Shown here: positions 36,732 through 48,816 of the stretch, in pieces
Numbering within the stretch: position 1 is the stretch's first letter
Layout: the number at the start of each line of letters is the position of its first letter
Made by a program: the position numbers and the translations under genes
Assembly: GCA_965660865.1 (NCBI GenBank)
Contig: CBFIBL010000029.1
Span: forward strand, 10,233 to 74,232
Direction of reading: 5' to 3'
Length of the DNA stretch: 64,000 nucleotides
DNA from: Luminiphilus sp.
GTDB lineage: Bacteria; Pseudomonadota; Gammaproteobacteria; Pseudomonadales; Halieaceae
Notes under the pieces: model-generated
Database searches by the model: none
Seen by the model: only the letters and a program-made list of their open reading frames with translations
What the model was told of the DNA's origin: nothing

Positions 36732-37208
36732 TTAAACGTGACGCACCTTATCAATTTCGTAGTAGATGTCGCCGCCTGGGGCTTTTACTACCACCTCATC
36801 GCCCTCAGACTTACCGATTAGCGCACGTGCGATAGGCGAACTTACCGAAATCATATTCTGCTTAACGTCTGCCTCATCTTCCCCAACAATGCGATAGGAC
36901 ACTTCACTGTCATCATCGCAATTTATTAGGTCGACTGTTGCGCCAAACAAAACACGGCCCGTATGCGCCAACGCTGTAATGTCGATGACCTGTGCATTTG
37001 AGAGCTTAAACTCAAGCTCTTTAATACGTCCTTCTGCAAAGCTTTGCTGTTCACGCGCCGCGTGATATTCCGCATTCTCTTTCAGATCTCCATGTTCACG
37101 CGCCTCGGCAATCGCAGCCACGATTCTGGGCCGATCAACCTTTTTCAGCTGCTCTAGCTCTTCTCTCAACGCCGCCTCACCGGCAACAGTCATTGGAACT
37201 TTATTCAT
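36732..37208 (-). CDS. greA: Transcription elongation factor GreA
   Basis: Near-colinear with E. coli GreA ([33 protein letters not shown]). Start overlaps the carB 3' end by 8 nt. Confidence 0.95.
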   Translation of the reverse strand: MNKVPMTVAGEAALREELEQLKKVDRPRIVAAIAEAREHGDLKENAEYHAAREQQSFAEGRIKELEFKLSNAQVIDITALAHTGRVLFGATVDLINCDDDSEVSYRIVGEDEADVKQNMISVSSPIARALIGKSEGDEVVVKAPGGDIYYEIDKVRHV

Positions 37209-40200
37209 TTGCCAAACTCACATGCAGATCTTGCAATCTACGAACTTGCCCATCGGGCTCGCGTTCCATCGACATACAGATCGCCTCTGCTGCCGCCAAT
37301 GTTGTAGTGTAAAACACCTGGTGCTGTTCAGCACTTGAGCGAATAGATGCGGAGTCCAGAATAGCTGTTCTCCCTTCTGTCGTATTGATAATCAGAGAAG
37401 CTTCATCGTTCTTGATCAAATCGACGATATGCGGGCGACCCTCAGCAACTTTATTCACTGGGCGTACTTCTAGGCCTGCATCACTGAGCGCCTTGGCGGT
37501 TCCTTTCGTGGCTGCGAGCGAGAAGCCGGAGTCAACCAGTCGCTTGGCGACACCAACAATAGCCTCCTTATCAACATCTCGAACGCTCAGAAGAGCAAGC
37601 CCAGAGGTGGGGGTAACATCCCCTGCACCCAGCTGCGCCTTGGCAAAGGCGTCCGCAAAGGTAGGGCCTGTACCCATCACCTCACCGGTAGATTTCATCT
37701 CTGGCCCCAGAATGGGGTCGATACCGGGGAATTTATTGAACGGGAGCACCGCTTCTTTCACGCTGTAATAGTCGGGCACCACCTCTGATGTGAATCCTTG
37801 CGACGCAAGGGACTGCCCCGCCATACAGCGCGCTGCGATCTTGGCGAGCGACACACCGATGGCTTTCGAGACAAACGGCACTGTGCGCGAAGCACGAGGG
37901 TTTACCTCGATGACATAAATTTGATCATCCTGCCAGGCGAGCTGGACGTTCATCAGACCTTTAACTTCGAGTGCGACCGCCATGGCCTTCACCATCTCGC
38001 GCATTTTGTCCTGAACGTTCGAAGGTAGGCTGTAAGGCGGAAGCGAGCACGCGGAGTCACCTGAGTGAACGCCTGCTTGCTCAATATGCTGCATTATCGA
38101 ACCAATGACGACGTGCTCTCCATCTGAAACAGCATCTATATCGACTTCGATAGCTGCATTGAGAAAGCGGTCCAACAATACGGGCGAGTCATCGGATACC
38201 TGAACGGCATCGCGCATGTAACGAAGCAGATCTTCCTCTCGGTAGACGATCTCCATAGCACGGCCACCCAATACATAGGAAGGACGGACTACCAATGGGT
38301 AGCCAATATTACGTGCTGCTGCTACGGCCTCCTCAACACTGCGTACCGTGGTGTTTGCTGGCTGCAATAGATTAAGTTCCTGAATCATCTTCTGGAACCG
38401 CTCACGATCTTCAGCACGATCGATTTGATCAGGTGTCGTGCCGATAATCGGAACACCCGCGGCCTCAAGCGCTCGAGCGAGCTTCAGTGGTGTCTGACCA
38501 CCGAACTGCACAATGACACCCTTTGGCTTTTCTAGGTCTACGATTTCGAGAACATCTTCGAGCGTCACTGGCTCGAAGAACAAGCGGTCTGACGTATCGT
38601 AATCAGTAGAGACTGTTTCGGGGTTGCAATTAACCATGATGGTCTCATAACCGTCTTCGGCCATCGCTTGCGCTGCATGCACGCAGCAGTAATCGAATTC
38701 AATACCCTGACCGATACGGTTTGGTCCGCCACCAAGGACAACGATCTTGTCACAATCACTTGGCGCTGACTCGCACTCTTCTTCGTACGTTGAGTACATA
38801 TAAGCAGTCGCAGAGGAAAACTCAGCCGCGCAGGTGTCAACCCGTTTGTAGACAGGCCGCAGACCCATCTCTTGGCGATATGCTCTCACTTCTGACTCGG
38901 ACAAAGCCATCACATCAGCAATACGCTTGTCGGAGAAGCCTTTGCGCTTGAGTTTTCGTAGCTCGGCGTAGCTCACGTCATTTATGGAGCGGTTAACCAG
39001 CGACGCCTCGAGCTTAACAATCTCTTCAATTTGAACGAGGAACCAAGGATCAACACCGGAGTAACCATAGATTTCCTCGAGCTCAAAACCTGCTCTGAAT
39101 GCATCCGCGAGATACCAGATACGCTCTGCCCCCGGATGAGTCAGTTGCTTCACTAACTCGGCGCGCGAGTCGCTGTCGGTTACAGGTAATCTGGGTTCGA
39201 AACCAGCAGAGCCGACCTCTAGACCACGAAGTGCCTTCTGCACCGACTCTTGGAAAGTACGGCCTATCGCCATCACCTCGCCCACAGACTTCATCTGTGT
39301 CGTTAACTTTGCGTCTGCCGTTGCGAACTTCTCGAAAGCAAAGCGCGGCACTTTCGTCACGACGTAGTCAATCGAAGGTTCAAACGATGCCGGCGTCACA
39401 CCACCCGTAATGTCATTTGCAAGCTCATCGAGGGTGTAGCCGACCGCAAGTTTCGCTGCCACCTTTGCAATTGGGAAACCCGTCGCTTTAGATGCCAGCG
39501 CTGAAGAACGAGATACGCGTGGATTCATCTCAATGACAACAATGCGTCCCGTGTCGGGGCATTGCCCGAACTGCACGTTTGAGCCACCCGTTTCAACACC
39601 AATTTCGCGGAGTACCGCCAAAGATGCGTTTCGCATCAACTGATACTCTTTATCTGTCAGCGTTTGGGCGGGAGCCACCGTAATGGAGTCACCTGTGTGT
39701 ACACCCATCGCATCCAAATTCTCGATTGAACAAACAATGATGCAGTTATCGTTCTTATCGCGGACAACCTCCATCTCGAACTCTTTCCAACCGATGAGCG
39801 ATTCATCGATCAAGAGCTCGTTGGTGGGTGATAACTCCAGACCACGTTTACAGATCGTCTCAAATTCAACACGGTTATAGGCAATACCGCCACCCGAGCC
39901 GCCCATGGTGAAAGAGGGTCGAATGATGCAAGGGAAACCCATTCTATCGAGAACGTCGAATGCCTCTTCTAACGAGTGTGCTATTTCGGCTCGGGGCGTA
40001 TCGAGTCCGATTTTTTTCATCGCAACGTCGAATTTTTCTCGATCCTCGGCTTTATCGATCGCCTCTTGAGTTGCACCAATCATTTCGACGCCGAATTTCT
40101 CAAGGACACCTTCCGCATCCAGTCTCAGAGCGCAATTAAGTGCTGTTTGGCCCCCCATTGTAGGTAGAAGTGCACTTGGACGCTCTTTCTCGATGATTTT

Positions 40201-40425
40201 CGCGACTGTCTGCCACTCGACAGGCTCGATGTAAGTAGAATCTGCCATCGCGGGGTCAGTCATAATCGTCGCGGGATTAGAGTTTACGAGGATGACCCTG
40301 TAACCCTCTTCTCTTAAGGCTTTACACGCCTGAGCACCGGAGTAGTCAAACTCACAGGCCTGACCAATCACGATGGGGCCCGCACCCAAGATGAGGATAC
40401 TCTCTAAATCGGCTCTTCTTGGCAT
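37201..40425 (-). CDS. carB: Carbamoyl-phosphate synthase large subunit
   Basis: 1074 aa, duplicated ATP-grasp halves, [20 protein letters not shown]-terminus. Confidence 0.97.
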   Translation of the reverse strand: MPRRADLESILILGAGPIVIGQACEFDYSGAQACKALREEGYRVILVNSNPATIMTDPAMADSTYIEPVEWQTVAKIIEKERPSALLPTMGGQTALNCALRLDAEGVLEKFGVEMIGATQEAIDKAEDREKFDVAMKKIGLDTPRAEIAHSLEEAFDVLDRMGFPCIIRPSFTMGGSGGGIAYNRVEFETICKRGLELSPTNELLIDESLIGWKEFEMEVVRDKNDNCIIVCSIENLDAMGVHTGDSITVAPAQTLTDKEYQLMRNASLAVLREIGVETGGSNVQFGQCPDTGRIVVIEMNPRVSRSSALASKATGFPIAKVAAKLAVGYTLDELANDITGGVTPASFEPSIDYVVTKVPRFAFEKFATADAKLTTQMKSVGEVMAIGRTFQESVQKALRGLEVGSAGFEPRLPVTDSDSRAELVKQLTHPGAERIWYLADAFRAGFELEEIYGYSGVDPWFLVQIEEIVKLEASLVNRSINDVSYAELRKLKRKGFSDKRIADVMALSESEVRAYRQEMGLRPVYKRVDTCAAEFSSATAYMYSTYEEECESAPSDCDKIVVLGGGPNRIGQGIEFDYCCVHAAQAMAEDGYETIMVNCNPETVSTDYDTSDRLFFEPVTLEDVLEIVDLEKPKGVIVQFGGQTPLKLARALEAAGVPIIGTTPDQIDRAEDRERFQKMIQELNLLQPANTTVRSVEEAVAAARNIGYPLVVRPSYVLGGRAMEIVYREEDLLRYMRDAVQVSDDSPVLLDRFLNAAIEVDIDAVSDGEHVVIGSIMQHIEQAGVHSGDSACSLPPYSLPSNVQDKMREMVKAMAVALEVKGLMNVQLAWQDDQIYVIEVNPRASRTVPFVSKAIGVSLAKIAARCMAGQSLASQGFTSEVVPDYYSVKEAVLPFNKFPGIDPILGPEMKSTGEVMGTGPTFADAFAKAQLGAGDVTPTSGLALLSVRDVDKEAIVGVAKRLVDSGFSLAATKGTAKALSDAGLEVRPVNKVAEGRPHIVDLIKNDEASLIINTTEGRTAILDSASIRSSAEQHQVFYTTTLAAAEAICMSMEREPDGQVRRLQDLHVSLANE

Positions 40426-41582
40426 CAGGCAGCACCTCCCTGCTCATTGTCTAACAGTGTTTGCCTGCCACGCGCCATCGATTCAATAAAGGCGTCAAAC
40501 AAATACTTGGCGTCATGAGGGCCAGGGCTTGCCTCTGGATGGCCCTGGAAACTGTATGCGGGTGTGTCGATTCTTTTGATGCCCTGTACAGTGCCGTCAA
40601 AAAGCGAGCGATGAGTCACAGTCAGCGTCTCAGGTAAACCATCGTCAGAGACAGTGAATCCGTGATTCTGGCTGGTTACCATGACGGTTTTGTTCCCCAA
40701 ATCTTGGACTGGGTGGTTTGCTCCATGGTGACCGTGACTCATCTTCTCGGTCTTCGCACCACTTGCCAACGCCAAAATTTGATGACCCAAACAAATCCCA
40801 AACAAAGGCGTACCAAAGGTCATGACTTGCTTCGCGAGCTCAATCGCGTAATCACAGGGCTCGGGATCTCCCGGGCCATTTGAGAGAAACACGCCATCGG
40901 GCTGAAGCGCCATAACAGCATCAAAATCGGTCTGCGCTGGCACCACTGACACCCGACACCCTAGATCGACCAGAATTCGGAGTATGTTGCGTTTCACGCC
41001 GAAGTCCACCGCCACAACGTGAAAGCGCGACTCGGGTCGCTCGGGCGCCTCGACGCCAAGCTGCCATGTTGGCTCCTCCCATTCGTATGAGCTAGGAGTT
41101 GTTACCACCTTTGCTAGGTCCATGCCCTTTAGACCGGGAAAAGCATTCGCCGCGGCGATCGCTTCCTCTGCGGCATCACCTGTTAAAATACAGCCCGCCT
41201 GAGCACCCTTTTCTCTAATGATTCGAGTGAGCTTGCGCGTATCAATATCAGAAATACATACCGTGTTATTGGCGACGAGATAATCGCTAAGGTTTTGCTC
41301 AGAGCGAAAATTTGAAGCGACGAGCGGCAGATCGCGGATAATCAGGCCAGCCGCATGAACAGACCCCGATTCAGCGTCGGCGGCATTTGTTCCGGTATTA
41401 CCAATGTGAGGATATGTTAGCGTTACAATTTGTTGTGCGTAGGACGGGTCCGTTAAAATTTCTTGGTAACCGGTCATCGCCGTATTGAAAACAACCTCTC
41501 CCACAGTTCTGCCATCAGCGCCTACCGAACGCCCATGAAAAACTGTGCCGTCTGCAAGCGCCAGAACAGCGGGTTTGTCCAC
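40425..41582 (-). CDS. carA: Carbamoyl-phosphate synthase small (glutaminase) subunit
   Basis: GTG at 41582 preceded by GGAGGA. GICLGHQ catalytic Cys motif. 1-nt overlap (ATGA) with carB. Confidence 0.93.
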   Translation of the reverse strand: MDKPAVLALADGTVFHGRSVGADGRTVGEVVFNTAMTGYQEILTDPSYAQQIVTLTYPHIGNTGTNAADAESGSVHAAGLIIRDLPLVASNFRSEQNLSDYLVANNTVCISDIDTRKLTRIIREKGAQAGCILTGDAAEEAIAAANAFPGLKGMDLAKVVTTPSSYEWEEPTWQLGVEAPERPESRFHVVAVDFGVKRNILRILVDLGCRVSVVPAQTDFDAVMALQPDGVFLSNGPGDPEPCDYAIELAKQVMTFGTPLFGICLGHQILALASGAKTEKMSHGHHGANHPVQDLGNKTVMVTSQNHGFTVSDDGLPETLTVTHRSLFDGTVQGIKRIDTPAYSFQGHPEASPGPHDAKYLFDAFIESMARGRQTLLDNEQGGAA

Positions 41583-41853
41583 TCGATATCCTCCAGAGAG
41601 TTGTCGATGCATTCTTCACCCGCGCCTCTGAGGCCTCTCTTTGCCTCTGTCTTCACTCAACGTCGCGACGCCAGATGTGTTATTGTCTCGCGCACACAAA
41701 AAGGCGCCGGAATGACCAAAGAAGCCGCCGACCATTTAAAGAATGCGCTAAGACTCAATTGTACGTTTACGGTCGATTAGTGTCCACGAAAAAGGGCCCG
41801 CGACCAGTCCGTTTCATCGACAAAACATTAGACGACGAGCAGAGACAAAAGAA

Positions 41854-42678
41854 ATGACTCAAAATGTTGCGACAGCAGTGATTACCGGAGCGGGTGATGG
41901 CATCGGTAGAGCCCTCGCCATAAACCTCAACGCACGGGGTATTGATCTTTACATCTGCGATATCAGCTCTGAGCGGCTCGCCGAGACGGAGCAATTGCTG
42001 AATCCTGATCTCGGCTCGGTCTCAACCGCTGTTGTCGACTGTGGTAACCGGAGCGCGATTGAGGCATGGGCTGCAGATATTGGCAAAAAGGTCAACACAG
42101 TTGAGTTTTTGTTTAACAACGCGGGCGTTGCTTACGCCTCAGAGTTCCGCAGCGCAACATTAGATAATTTCGAATGGTTGATGAACATCAATTTTTGGGG
42201 CGTCGTCTGGTCAACGAAAGCGTTTTTACCTCTGCTGGAGGCCTCGCCCAATGGTCACTTGATTAATATCTCGTCAATTTTTGGCATGGTCGGCATCCCA
42301 ACGCAGAGCGCCTACAACAGCGCTAAGTTTGCGGTGCGAGGATTCACCGAGTCGCTACAAGCTGAGTATAGAGGCTCATCACTGACGGTGACCTGTGTGC
42401 ACCCTGGCGGAATCTCAACGAACATTGCATTGCGTGCGCGTACTGACGGCGAGCCAGCCGACACCTCCGCCGAGGAGCGTGACGCCTCATTCCGCCGAGT
42501 TGCAAGAACATCATCGGCCAAAGCTGCAGAGGTCATTCTGAAAGGAACGCTGGCCGGACGCCAACGCGTCTTCATCGGCTGGGACGCTTGGTTTATGCAA
42601 ATTCTGACCAAGTTTTTACCCACGTCTTACCACCTAGTAACTGCCAGACTCGCATCGAGGAACGATGAGTCTAACTGA
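41854..42678 (+). CDS. Short-chain dehydrogenase/reductase
   Basis: TGAGDGIG, NNAG, YNSAK motifs. 274 aa. Confidence 0.8.
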   Translation: MTQNVATAVITGAGDGIGRALAINLNARGIDLYICDISSERLAETEQLLNPDLGSVSTAVVDCGNRSAIEAWAADIGKKVNTVEFLFNNAGVAYASEFRSATLDNFEWLMNINFWGVVWSTKAFLPLLEASPNGHLINISSIFGMVGIPTQSAYNSAKFAVRGFTESLQAEYRGSSLTVTCVHPGGISTNIALRARTDGEPADTSAEERDASFRRVARTSSAKAAEVILKGTLAGRQRVFIGWDAWFMQILTKFLPTSYHLVTARLASRNDESN

Positions 42679-43900
42679 CGCCAATCCATCATCAGGGTCA
42701 AGTAGACTCAGCAGATCCTCTTTTCTCATTTTAATCACGGGCCTGCTTGCCAACACGATAGGCCAGGCCTTTATCTTTGCAATCCTGCCGCCGCTGGGCA
42801 GGGAGGTTGCACTGAGCGAAGTGCAAACGACCTCCATTATTTCAACCTCCGCCCTTGTCTTTACCTTTTATTCAACATGGTGGGGCCGGCGATCGGATCA
42901 GATAGGTCGTAAAATTGTTGTTGTCATTGGCTTGACGGGTTACGCCGTTGGTACGCTAATCTTCGCCGGCATTTTCGCCTTGGGTATGAAGGGCATTCTC
43001 TCCGGCTGGGCGCTTTACTTTACAGCCTTGATCTTTCGATGCCTGCAATCAACGATCATGGCCGCCACTAGCCCGGGTGTTACTGCCTACGCGGCAGACC
43101 ACAGTTCGCGGGCATTCAGAACACAGACGCTAGCACGACTTGGAACCGCCAACAGTTTAGGGGTCATTGTTGGCCCAGTGCTCGCTGGCTTACTCGCCGG
43201 ACTGGGACTCCTTTTCCCACTATACATCGCTGCAGTGTTTACGTTTATCGCGGCGTTTATTGTCTGGAAATACCTACCCGAGGGCGACACGTCTGGCACA
43301 GCACGTAAACGGGTGCCTCGACTTTCCTTTCTGGACGCACGTTTACGGGTTTATTTATTGAGTGCTGTCGGGACTTTTACCGGCTTCTCAGCAATTCAAC
43401 AGACCTTGGGGTTTCGGATTCAAGATAGCCTTTCACTCAACGGGGTCGAAACAGCGCAATACACAGGCGCTGCCCTCATGGCTTCCGCATTCTTCACGTT
43501 GGCACTGCAGCTGTCCGTTGCCCAGCGCTACACAGGGCCTGCGCTGAACCTGGTCCGCATGGGTTTAATTTGCAATTTTATCGCGGCAAGCATTGTCACA
43601 TTGGCTCAGGGTCTCACAGGATTGATGATTGGCATGGCTTTCATGGGCGCTGGGTTAGGACTGATTGGACCCGCCATTGCGGCAGGCGCATCTCTATCAG
43701 TTAGCCGCGATGAGCAAGGTGGAGCAGCGGGGCTTATCACGGCCTGCCCTGCTGCCGGTTTCGTTATTGGTCCGGTTCTTGGTGGTGCCTTGTATCAATC
43801 AGATCCCGCGTATCCGCCGCTTTTTGCAGGGGTCATCACAGTACTTGTTTTGGCCTACGCGCTTAGATCGCGAGCAGTTATGGCTGACACAGAGGAATAA
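42665..43900 (+). CDS. MFS transporter
   Basis: About 12 hydrophobic helices. GRRSDQIGRK loop 2-3 motif. GAGGAA RBS. Confidence 0.8.
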   Translation: MSLTDANPSSGSSRLSRSSFLILITGLLANTIGQAFIFAILPPLGREVALSEVQTTSIISTSALVFTFYSTWWGRRSDQIGRKIVVVIGLTGYAVGTLIFAGIFALGMKGILSGWALYFTALIFRCLQSTIMAATSPGVTAYAADHSSRAFRTQTLARLGTANSLGVIVGPVLAGLLAGLGLLFPLYIAAVFTFIAAFIVWKYLPEGDTSGTARKRVPRLSFLDARLRVYLLSAVGTFTGFSAIQQTLGFRIQDSLSLNGVETAQYTGAALMASAFFTLALQLSVAQRYTGPALNLVRMGLICNFIAASIVTLAQGLTGLMIGMAFMGAGLGLIGPAIAAGASLSVSRDEQGGAAGLITACPAAGFVIGPVLGGALYQSDPAYPPLFAGVITVLVLAYALRSRAVMADTEE

Positions 43901-44030
43901 CGCGGGCCCACGTCGCATATCCAGTTCTGAGAATAACGTGAGGCGATGTCTGCAGGGTCTAACTCCCAGACGGGGGTAAGTATACCAAAGGACAAATTGC
44001 GGCCGCACTCGGCAGGTTTTGGTGGGCCGC

Positions 44031-44474
44031 CTATGAATTGAGTGCGTCTATTGCCTGTCTGATGTTCTTTGGGATGCTAGCTGATTTGTTCGCTGCGCGA
44101 TCGACAAACGCGTGGGTAAACCGACCGGTAACACTACTCAACTCAGCGCCCTGAGCGAACACACCAATCTCCCAGGTCACCGATTTTTCGCCCATACGCG
44201 CAACGCGGAGACCAAGCTCGAGCTCTTGCGGATAGGTCAGCGGGGAGAAATAGTCCGCCGATGAGCTAACGACGAAGCCGACAACATTATCGTGACCGGG
44301 ACGCATACCGCCTTCTTCAATGAGAAAACGATTCACAACGGAGTCAAAGAATGCATAGTAGGCAACATTGTTTATGTGACCATAAATGTCATTGTCGGCC
44401 CAACGTGTATTGAGGGAGTAGAAGATGGCAAAACCATCGCGAGGTGCGGGAACTGCGCGCTCGCTCATGCCCAA
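44031..44474 (-). CDS. Hotdog-fold acyl-CoA thioesterase (4HBT/YbgC-like)
   Basis: 147 aa. RWADNDIYGHINNVAYYAFFD is characteristic of the 4HBT family. Confidence 0.75.
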   Translation of the reverse strand: MGMSERAVPAPRDGFAIFYSLNTRWADNDIYGHINNVAYYAFFDSVVNRFLIEEGGMRPGHDNVVGFVVSSSADYFSPLTYPQELELGLRVARMGEKSVTWEIGVFAQGAELSSVTGRFTHAFVDRAANKSASIPKNIRQAIDALNS

Positions 44475-45613
44475 CCGCTCCAGGCTTCCTTGTAAAGTCG
44501 CAGCGCGGTGGCCTCATCAACCTCGCGCGGATTATTGATCAACAACCGCTGTTGGAACATGGCATCTTTAGCCAACATGGGCAGATCAGTCTCAGGAATC
44601 TTTGCTTGCGCCAAGGTCGCGGGAAGACCACTGTCATCAATCAGTACTTTGAACCATTCGATTAACCCTTCAGCCGATGGTTTAGCACCGGGAATTACTC
44701 GTGACAACTCTGCGTAAAGCTCAGGGCAAGCCTCTGCGTTGAAAGCAAGCACAGCCGGCAGCATCAAGGAATTACTCAATCCGTGTGGGATGTGGTAATG
44801 GCCGCCTACGGGATAGGCCAAGGCATGGACAGCACCCACAGGCGCATTGGCGAAAGCCTGACCCGCAAACATCGAACCAAGCAGCATCGCCTCGCGCGCC
44901 GCAACATCGCCGGGAGACGCCAAAACGCTACGAATATTCTCGGAAAGTGATTTCAGCGCACGCAATGCCAACATGTCTGAAATCGGATTTTTCTTGATTT
45001 TGGACGTGTAGGCCTCTATCGCGTGGACCATGGCATCTATCCCGGTCATCGCAGAGATACTTGCGGGTAGTCCCAGCGTCAACGACGCATCCAAAATCGC
45101 GACGTCGGGCAGCAAAATAGGTGAACTGACACCGGCTTTTGTTGTTTCTCCCGTCGTAATAATCGCAACAGGGGTCACCTCTGAGCCAGTTCCCGCGGTC
45201 GTGGGCGCAAGAAACAAGGGCAGACGGCCACCACTCACCATTCCCACACCGTAGATCTCAGGTAGATCCTGCTTCCCCTTGGCCAACACTGATACCACTT
45301 TCGCCACGTCCATCGAACTGCCACCGCCGACGGCGATGACCGAATCGCAGCTGCCCGTTTTGAAGGCATCCAGACAGGCATAGACGACTCGCTCGGAGGG
45401 GTCTGGCTCGATACCATCGAAAACGATGACATCATCAGCACCTTGTCGAAGAGCTTCTATAGCCGGGGAAACAACACCCAAGTCGATGAGTTGGGCATCG
45501 GTTACAAACAGTGGCTTTGTCAGGCCACGTTCGGCTAATAGCTCGCTAAGTTGCAAGACCGCGCCAGATTGAACCAGCGTGGTCTTAACAGACTGAAAGG
45601 AGTAACCGTCCAT
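44465..45613 (-). CDS. Iron-containing (group III) alcohol dehydrogenase
   Basis: GGGSSMDVAK, metal-binding His segments (HAIEAY, HALAYPVGGHYHIPHG). Confidence 0.85.
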   Translation of the reverse strand: MDGYSFQSVKTTLVQSGAVLQLSELLAERGLTKPLFVTDAQLIDLGVVSPAIEALRQGADDVIVFDGIEPDPSERVVYACLDAFKTGSCDSVIAVGGGSSMDVAKVVSVLAKGKQDLPEIYGVGMVSGGRLPLFLAPTTAGTGSEVTPVAIITTGETTKAGVSSPILLPDVAILDASLTLGLPASISAMTGIDAMVHAIEAYTSKIKKNPISDMLALRALKSLSENIRSVLASPGDVAAREAMLLGSMFAGQAFANAPVGAVHALAYPVGGHYHIPHGLSNSLMLPAVLAFNAEACPELYAELSRVIPGAKPSAEGLIEWFKVLIDDSGLPATLAQAKIPETDLPMLAKDAMFQQRLLINNPREVDEATALRLYKEAWSGWA

Positions 45614-45616
45614 CGC

Positions 45617-46597
45617 TCAGAAAGTGAAAATCACTTTACCTTTGGCGCGACGCTCCATCATAGCGGCGTACCCGGCTTCGTATTCCTGGATGGGGAATAC
45701 ATCTGTCACCACAGGGTTCAACTTACCTTCATTGAATAAGCCCCACAGTTCTTCTACGTTTTTCTGCTGCTCTGCAGGCTCCTCTCCCAGGAAACGACCC
45801 CAGAAGACGCCAACGAGTGCACAACCTTTCAGCAATGTCAGATTAAGTGGGATGCTAGGAATAGGGCCTGACGCGAAGCCGATGACAAGATAGCGGCCGT
45901 TCCATGCCATGCTTCGCACGGCGGGTTCAGCAAAGTCACCACCAACGGGGTCGTAGACAACGTCAACGCCTTTGCCGCCAGTGATTTCCTTGATGCGATC
46001 CTTAATCGACTCAGTGCTGTAATTAATCACCTCATCAGCGCCCAGTTGCTTGCATAGCTCAAGCTTTTCATCCGAGCTTGCCGCAGCAATAACTTTGGCG
46101 CCCATCACCTTGCCGAGCTCAACAGCTGTACTACCTACACCGCCGGCGGCGCCCATGACCAGCATAGTTTCACCGGCTTTGAGTTGGCCGCGCTGCTTTA
46201 GTGCGTAATACGACGTGAAGTAGGTCATACCCACACCCGCAGCTGCCGTAAAGTCGATACCTTCTGGCTTGGGAAGCAGCGCATTTTCGTTGACCACAGC
46301 TTCGCTTGCGAAACCGCCAACACCGCCTAATTGAATGACGCTGTCGCCAACTGACCAACGAGTGACTGCAGAGCCAACTTCGGTCACGATACCTGCAGAC
46401 TCGCCGCCCGGGACGAAGGGCATAGGTGGTTGCATCTGGTATTTCCCCTGAATGATCAGTACATCAGGGAAATTAAGACCCGCAGCCTTAACGTCCATAC
46501 GCACATCGTTAGGACCGAGTTCAGGGGTCTCCCAATCGGTAACAAGATTCAACTTGTCTGGAAGACCGTGCTCACTGCATACAACCGCTTTTGCCAT
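45617..46597 (-). CDS. NADPH:quinone oxidoreductase-type medium-chain dehydrogenase/reductase
   Basis: ATG at 46597, 1 nt after the thiolase stop. MDR fold with GAAGGVGS cofactor motif. No structural-zinc Cys cluster. Confidence 0.8.
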   Translation of the reverse strand: MAKAVVCSEHGLPDKLNLVTDWETPELGPNDVRMDVKAAGLNFPDVLIIQGKYQMQPPMPFVPGGESAGIVTEVGSAVTRWSVGDSVIQLGGVGGFASEAVVNENALLPKPEGIDFTAAAGVGMTYFTSYYALKQRGQLKAGETMLVMGAAGGVGSTAVELGKVMGAKVIAAASSDEKLELCKQLGADEVINYSTESIKDRIKEITGGKGVDVVYDPVGGDFAEPAVRSMAWNGRYLVIGFASGPIPSIPLNLTLLKGCALVGVFWGRFLGEEPAEQQKNVEELWGLFNEGKLNPVVTDVFPIQEYEAGYAAMMERRAKGKVIFTF

Positions 46598-46598
46598 C

Positions 46599-47777
46599 TT
46601 AGAAAACCTCGAATAGTCCTGCTGCGCCCATACCGCCGCCAACACACATAGTAATTACGACGTATTTCACACCGCGACGCTTACCCTCGATTAACGCGTG
46701 ACCAATCATTCGCGACCCGCTCATGCCGTAGGGGTGACCGATCGCAATCGCACCGCCATCGACGTTGAGCTTCTCGTTGTCGATACCTAGCGTGTCTCGG
46801 CAGTAAAGCACCTGAACCGCAAACGCTTCATTAAGTTCCCAAAGGCCAATATCGTTAACGGTTAGACCGTGTTGCTTCAAGAGCTTTGGCACAGCGAAAA
46901 CAGGGCCTATGCCCATTTCATCAGGCTCACAACCTGCTACCGCCATGCCGCGGTAAGCGCCAAGAGGCTCAAGGCCCAAAGAAGTCGCCATCTCGCTGCT
47001 CATAACAACTTGAGCAGAAGCACCATCAGACAACTGCGATGCGTTACCAGCAGTGATAGTTCCACCCTCGATCACAGTCCGAAGACCCTTCACACCCTCC
47101 AGGGTTGATGGGCGGACGCCTTCGTCCGCTGTCACTGTTACCTCAGCCGTAGACTGCTCGCCAGTCTCTTTGTCGTAGACAATACGATCGCAGGTGACAG
47201 GCACAAGCTCAGCGTCATAACGTCCTGCCGCATAGGCCGCCGCAGTGCGTTCTTGAGATTCAAACCCGTACTCGTCCATGGCATCGCGAGAGATACCGTA
47301 GCGAGCCGCAACCACTTCAGCTGTTTGCAGCATAGGCATGTAAATATCCTTGTGCATGCCAACCAATTCATTATCAACAAGGCGATGAGCATTCATGTGT
47401 TCATTCTGAACAAGCGAGATAGAGTCAAGTCCACCACCGACCACAACATCCATACCGTCATACATAACTTGCTTGGCTGCAGTCGCAACCGCCATGAGGC
47501 CCGAGGAGCACTGACGATCGATAGTCATGCCAGAGACGGTGACTGGCAAGCCCGCACGCAGTGCCGCGTTTCGGCCAATGTTCATACCGGAGGTGCCCTG
47601 TGTAAGCGCTGCACCCATGATGCAGTCCTCAACACGATCAGTTTCAATGCCCGCACGCTCAACCGCTGCGCGAATCGCATGAGCTCCCATCGTTGGTGCC
47701 TGCAAGTTATTAAAACCACCGCGGTAAGCTTTACCGATCGGCGTTCGTGCTGTTGATACGATTACTGCTTCTTTCAT
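46599..47777 (-). CDS. Acetyl-CoA C-acyltransferase (thiolase)
   Basis: Catalytic [28 protein letters not shown] motifs. Confidence 0.92.
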   Translation of the reverse strand: MKEAVIVSTARTPIGKAYRGGFNNLQAPTMGAHAIRAAVERAGIETDRVEDCIMGAALTQGTSGMNIGRNAALRAGLPVTVSGMTIDRQCSSGLMAVATAAKQVMYDGMDVVVGGGLDSISLVQNEHMNAHRLVDNELVGMHKDIYMPMLQTAEVVAARYGISRDAMDEYGFESQERTAAAYAAGRYDAELVPVTCDRIVYDKETGEQSTAEVTVTADEGVRPSTLEGVKGLRTVIEGGTITAGNASQLSDGASAQVVMSSEMATSLGLEPLGAYRGMAVAGCEPDEMGIGPVFAVPKLLKQHGLTVNDIGLWELNEAFAVQVLYCRDTLGIDNEKLNVDGGAIAIGHPYGMSGSRMIGHALIEGKRRGVKYVVITMCVGGGMGAAGLFEVF

Positions 47778-47872
47778 CTTTTTTCTCCGTGTGCCTTGTT
47801 AAGGCCTCTCAGCGATATTTATCTTTTTGGAAGGGCACTTTGCTCGCGCCCTTCCCGTTTTGAGTGAAATGC

Positions 47873-48790
47873 TTACTCGAGTGAAATTCCTTTTGCCTGC
47901 GCGGCCTTGCCAAGAAATTTGAACGTCTGCTCAAAACCAGCTTGAAGCTGCTTTGGCTCACTGTTGGCGATAGCATCCCAGTTCTCAGCGATAGCCTCGG
48001 GCGTTTGATCCGCATCATCGAGGTAAATACCGTCGGTCTCTACAATTTTTGCCACCGCATAACCGCCGGCACCCGCCGCCAAAATCGTGCGGGTCGGAGC
48101 ATCTTTCGAGACAAGAAATAAAACAGCCGGCGTCACCGTCTCAGGTGTCATCAAGTCGAACGCTTTTTCAGGAATGAGACCTTCAGTCATTCGAGTTCCC
48201 GCTGTCGGTGCCAGCGCGTTGATTTTGACATCATTCTTGGCGCCTTCCTGCGCAAGCGTGTTCATCATACCGATGACACCCATTTTCGCCGCACCATAGT
48301 TGGTCTGGCCAAAGTTACCGTATAAGCCACTGGATGACGTGGTCACAACAATACGCCCATAGTTTTGCTCGCGCATGATGTCCCAAACCGCTTTTGTGCA
48401 GTTCACGCTACCCATTAAGTGCACATCGAGGACGAGTTTAAAGTCCTCAAGCGACCCTTTTCCGAAGCTCTTATCGCGTAAAATACCCGCGTTGTTCACG
48501 AGAATGTCGACTCGGCCCCAGCGCTCCATGGTGTTCGCAACCATGTCCTGTACCTGCTCGAAATCGGCAACATTCGCGCCATGGGCCATTGCCTCACCGC
48601 CAGCCGCCTCGATCTCAGCAACCACTGCTTGTGACGCGGCACTGCCGCCGCCACTTCCGTCGACGGTACCGCCTAAATCATTGACCACTACTTTCGCACC
48701 ACGTGCCGCCAATTGAAGCGCATGACTTCTACCCAAGCCATTTCCCGCACCCGTAACGATCGCTACCTGACCGTCATATCGAATTGTCAT
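47873..48790 (-). CDS. SDR of the MFE-2/HSD17B4 type (probable (3R)-hydroxyacyl-CoA dehydrogenase)
   Basis: TGAGNGLGRSHAL..GAKVVVNDLGG N-terminus is typical of MFE-2 dehydrogenase domains. YGAAK motif. Confidence 0.7.
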   Translation of the reverse strand: MTIRYDGQVAIVTGAGNGLGRSHALQLAARGAKVVVNDLGGTVDGSGGGSAASQAVVAEIEAAGGEAMAHGANVADFEQVQDMVANTMERWGRVDILVNNAGILRDKSFGKGSLEDFKLVLDVHLMGSVNCTKAVWDIMREQNYGRIVVTTSSSGLYGNFGQTNYGAAKMGVIGMMNTLAQEGAKNDVKINALAPTAGTRMTEGLIPEKAFDLMTPETVTPAVLFLVSKDAPTRTILAAGAGGYAVAKIVETDGIYLDDADQTPEAIAENWDAIANSEPKQLQAGFEQTFKFLGKAAQAKGISLE

Positions 48791-48816
48791 TATTTCTATT
48801 TCCTTTCAAAAGTAAC

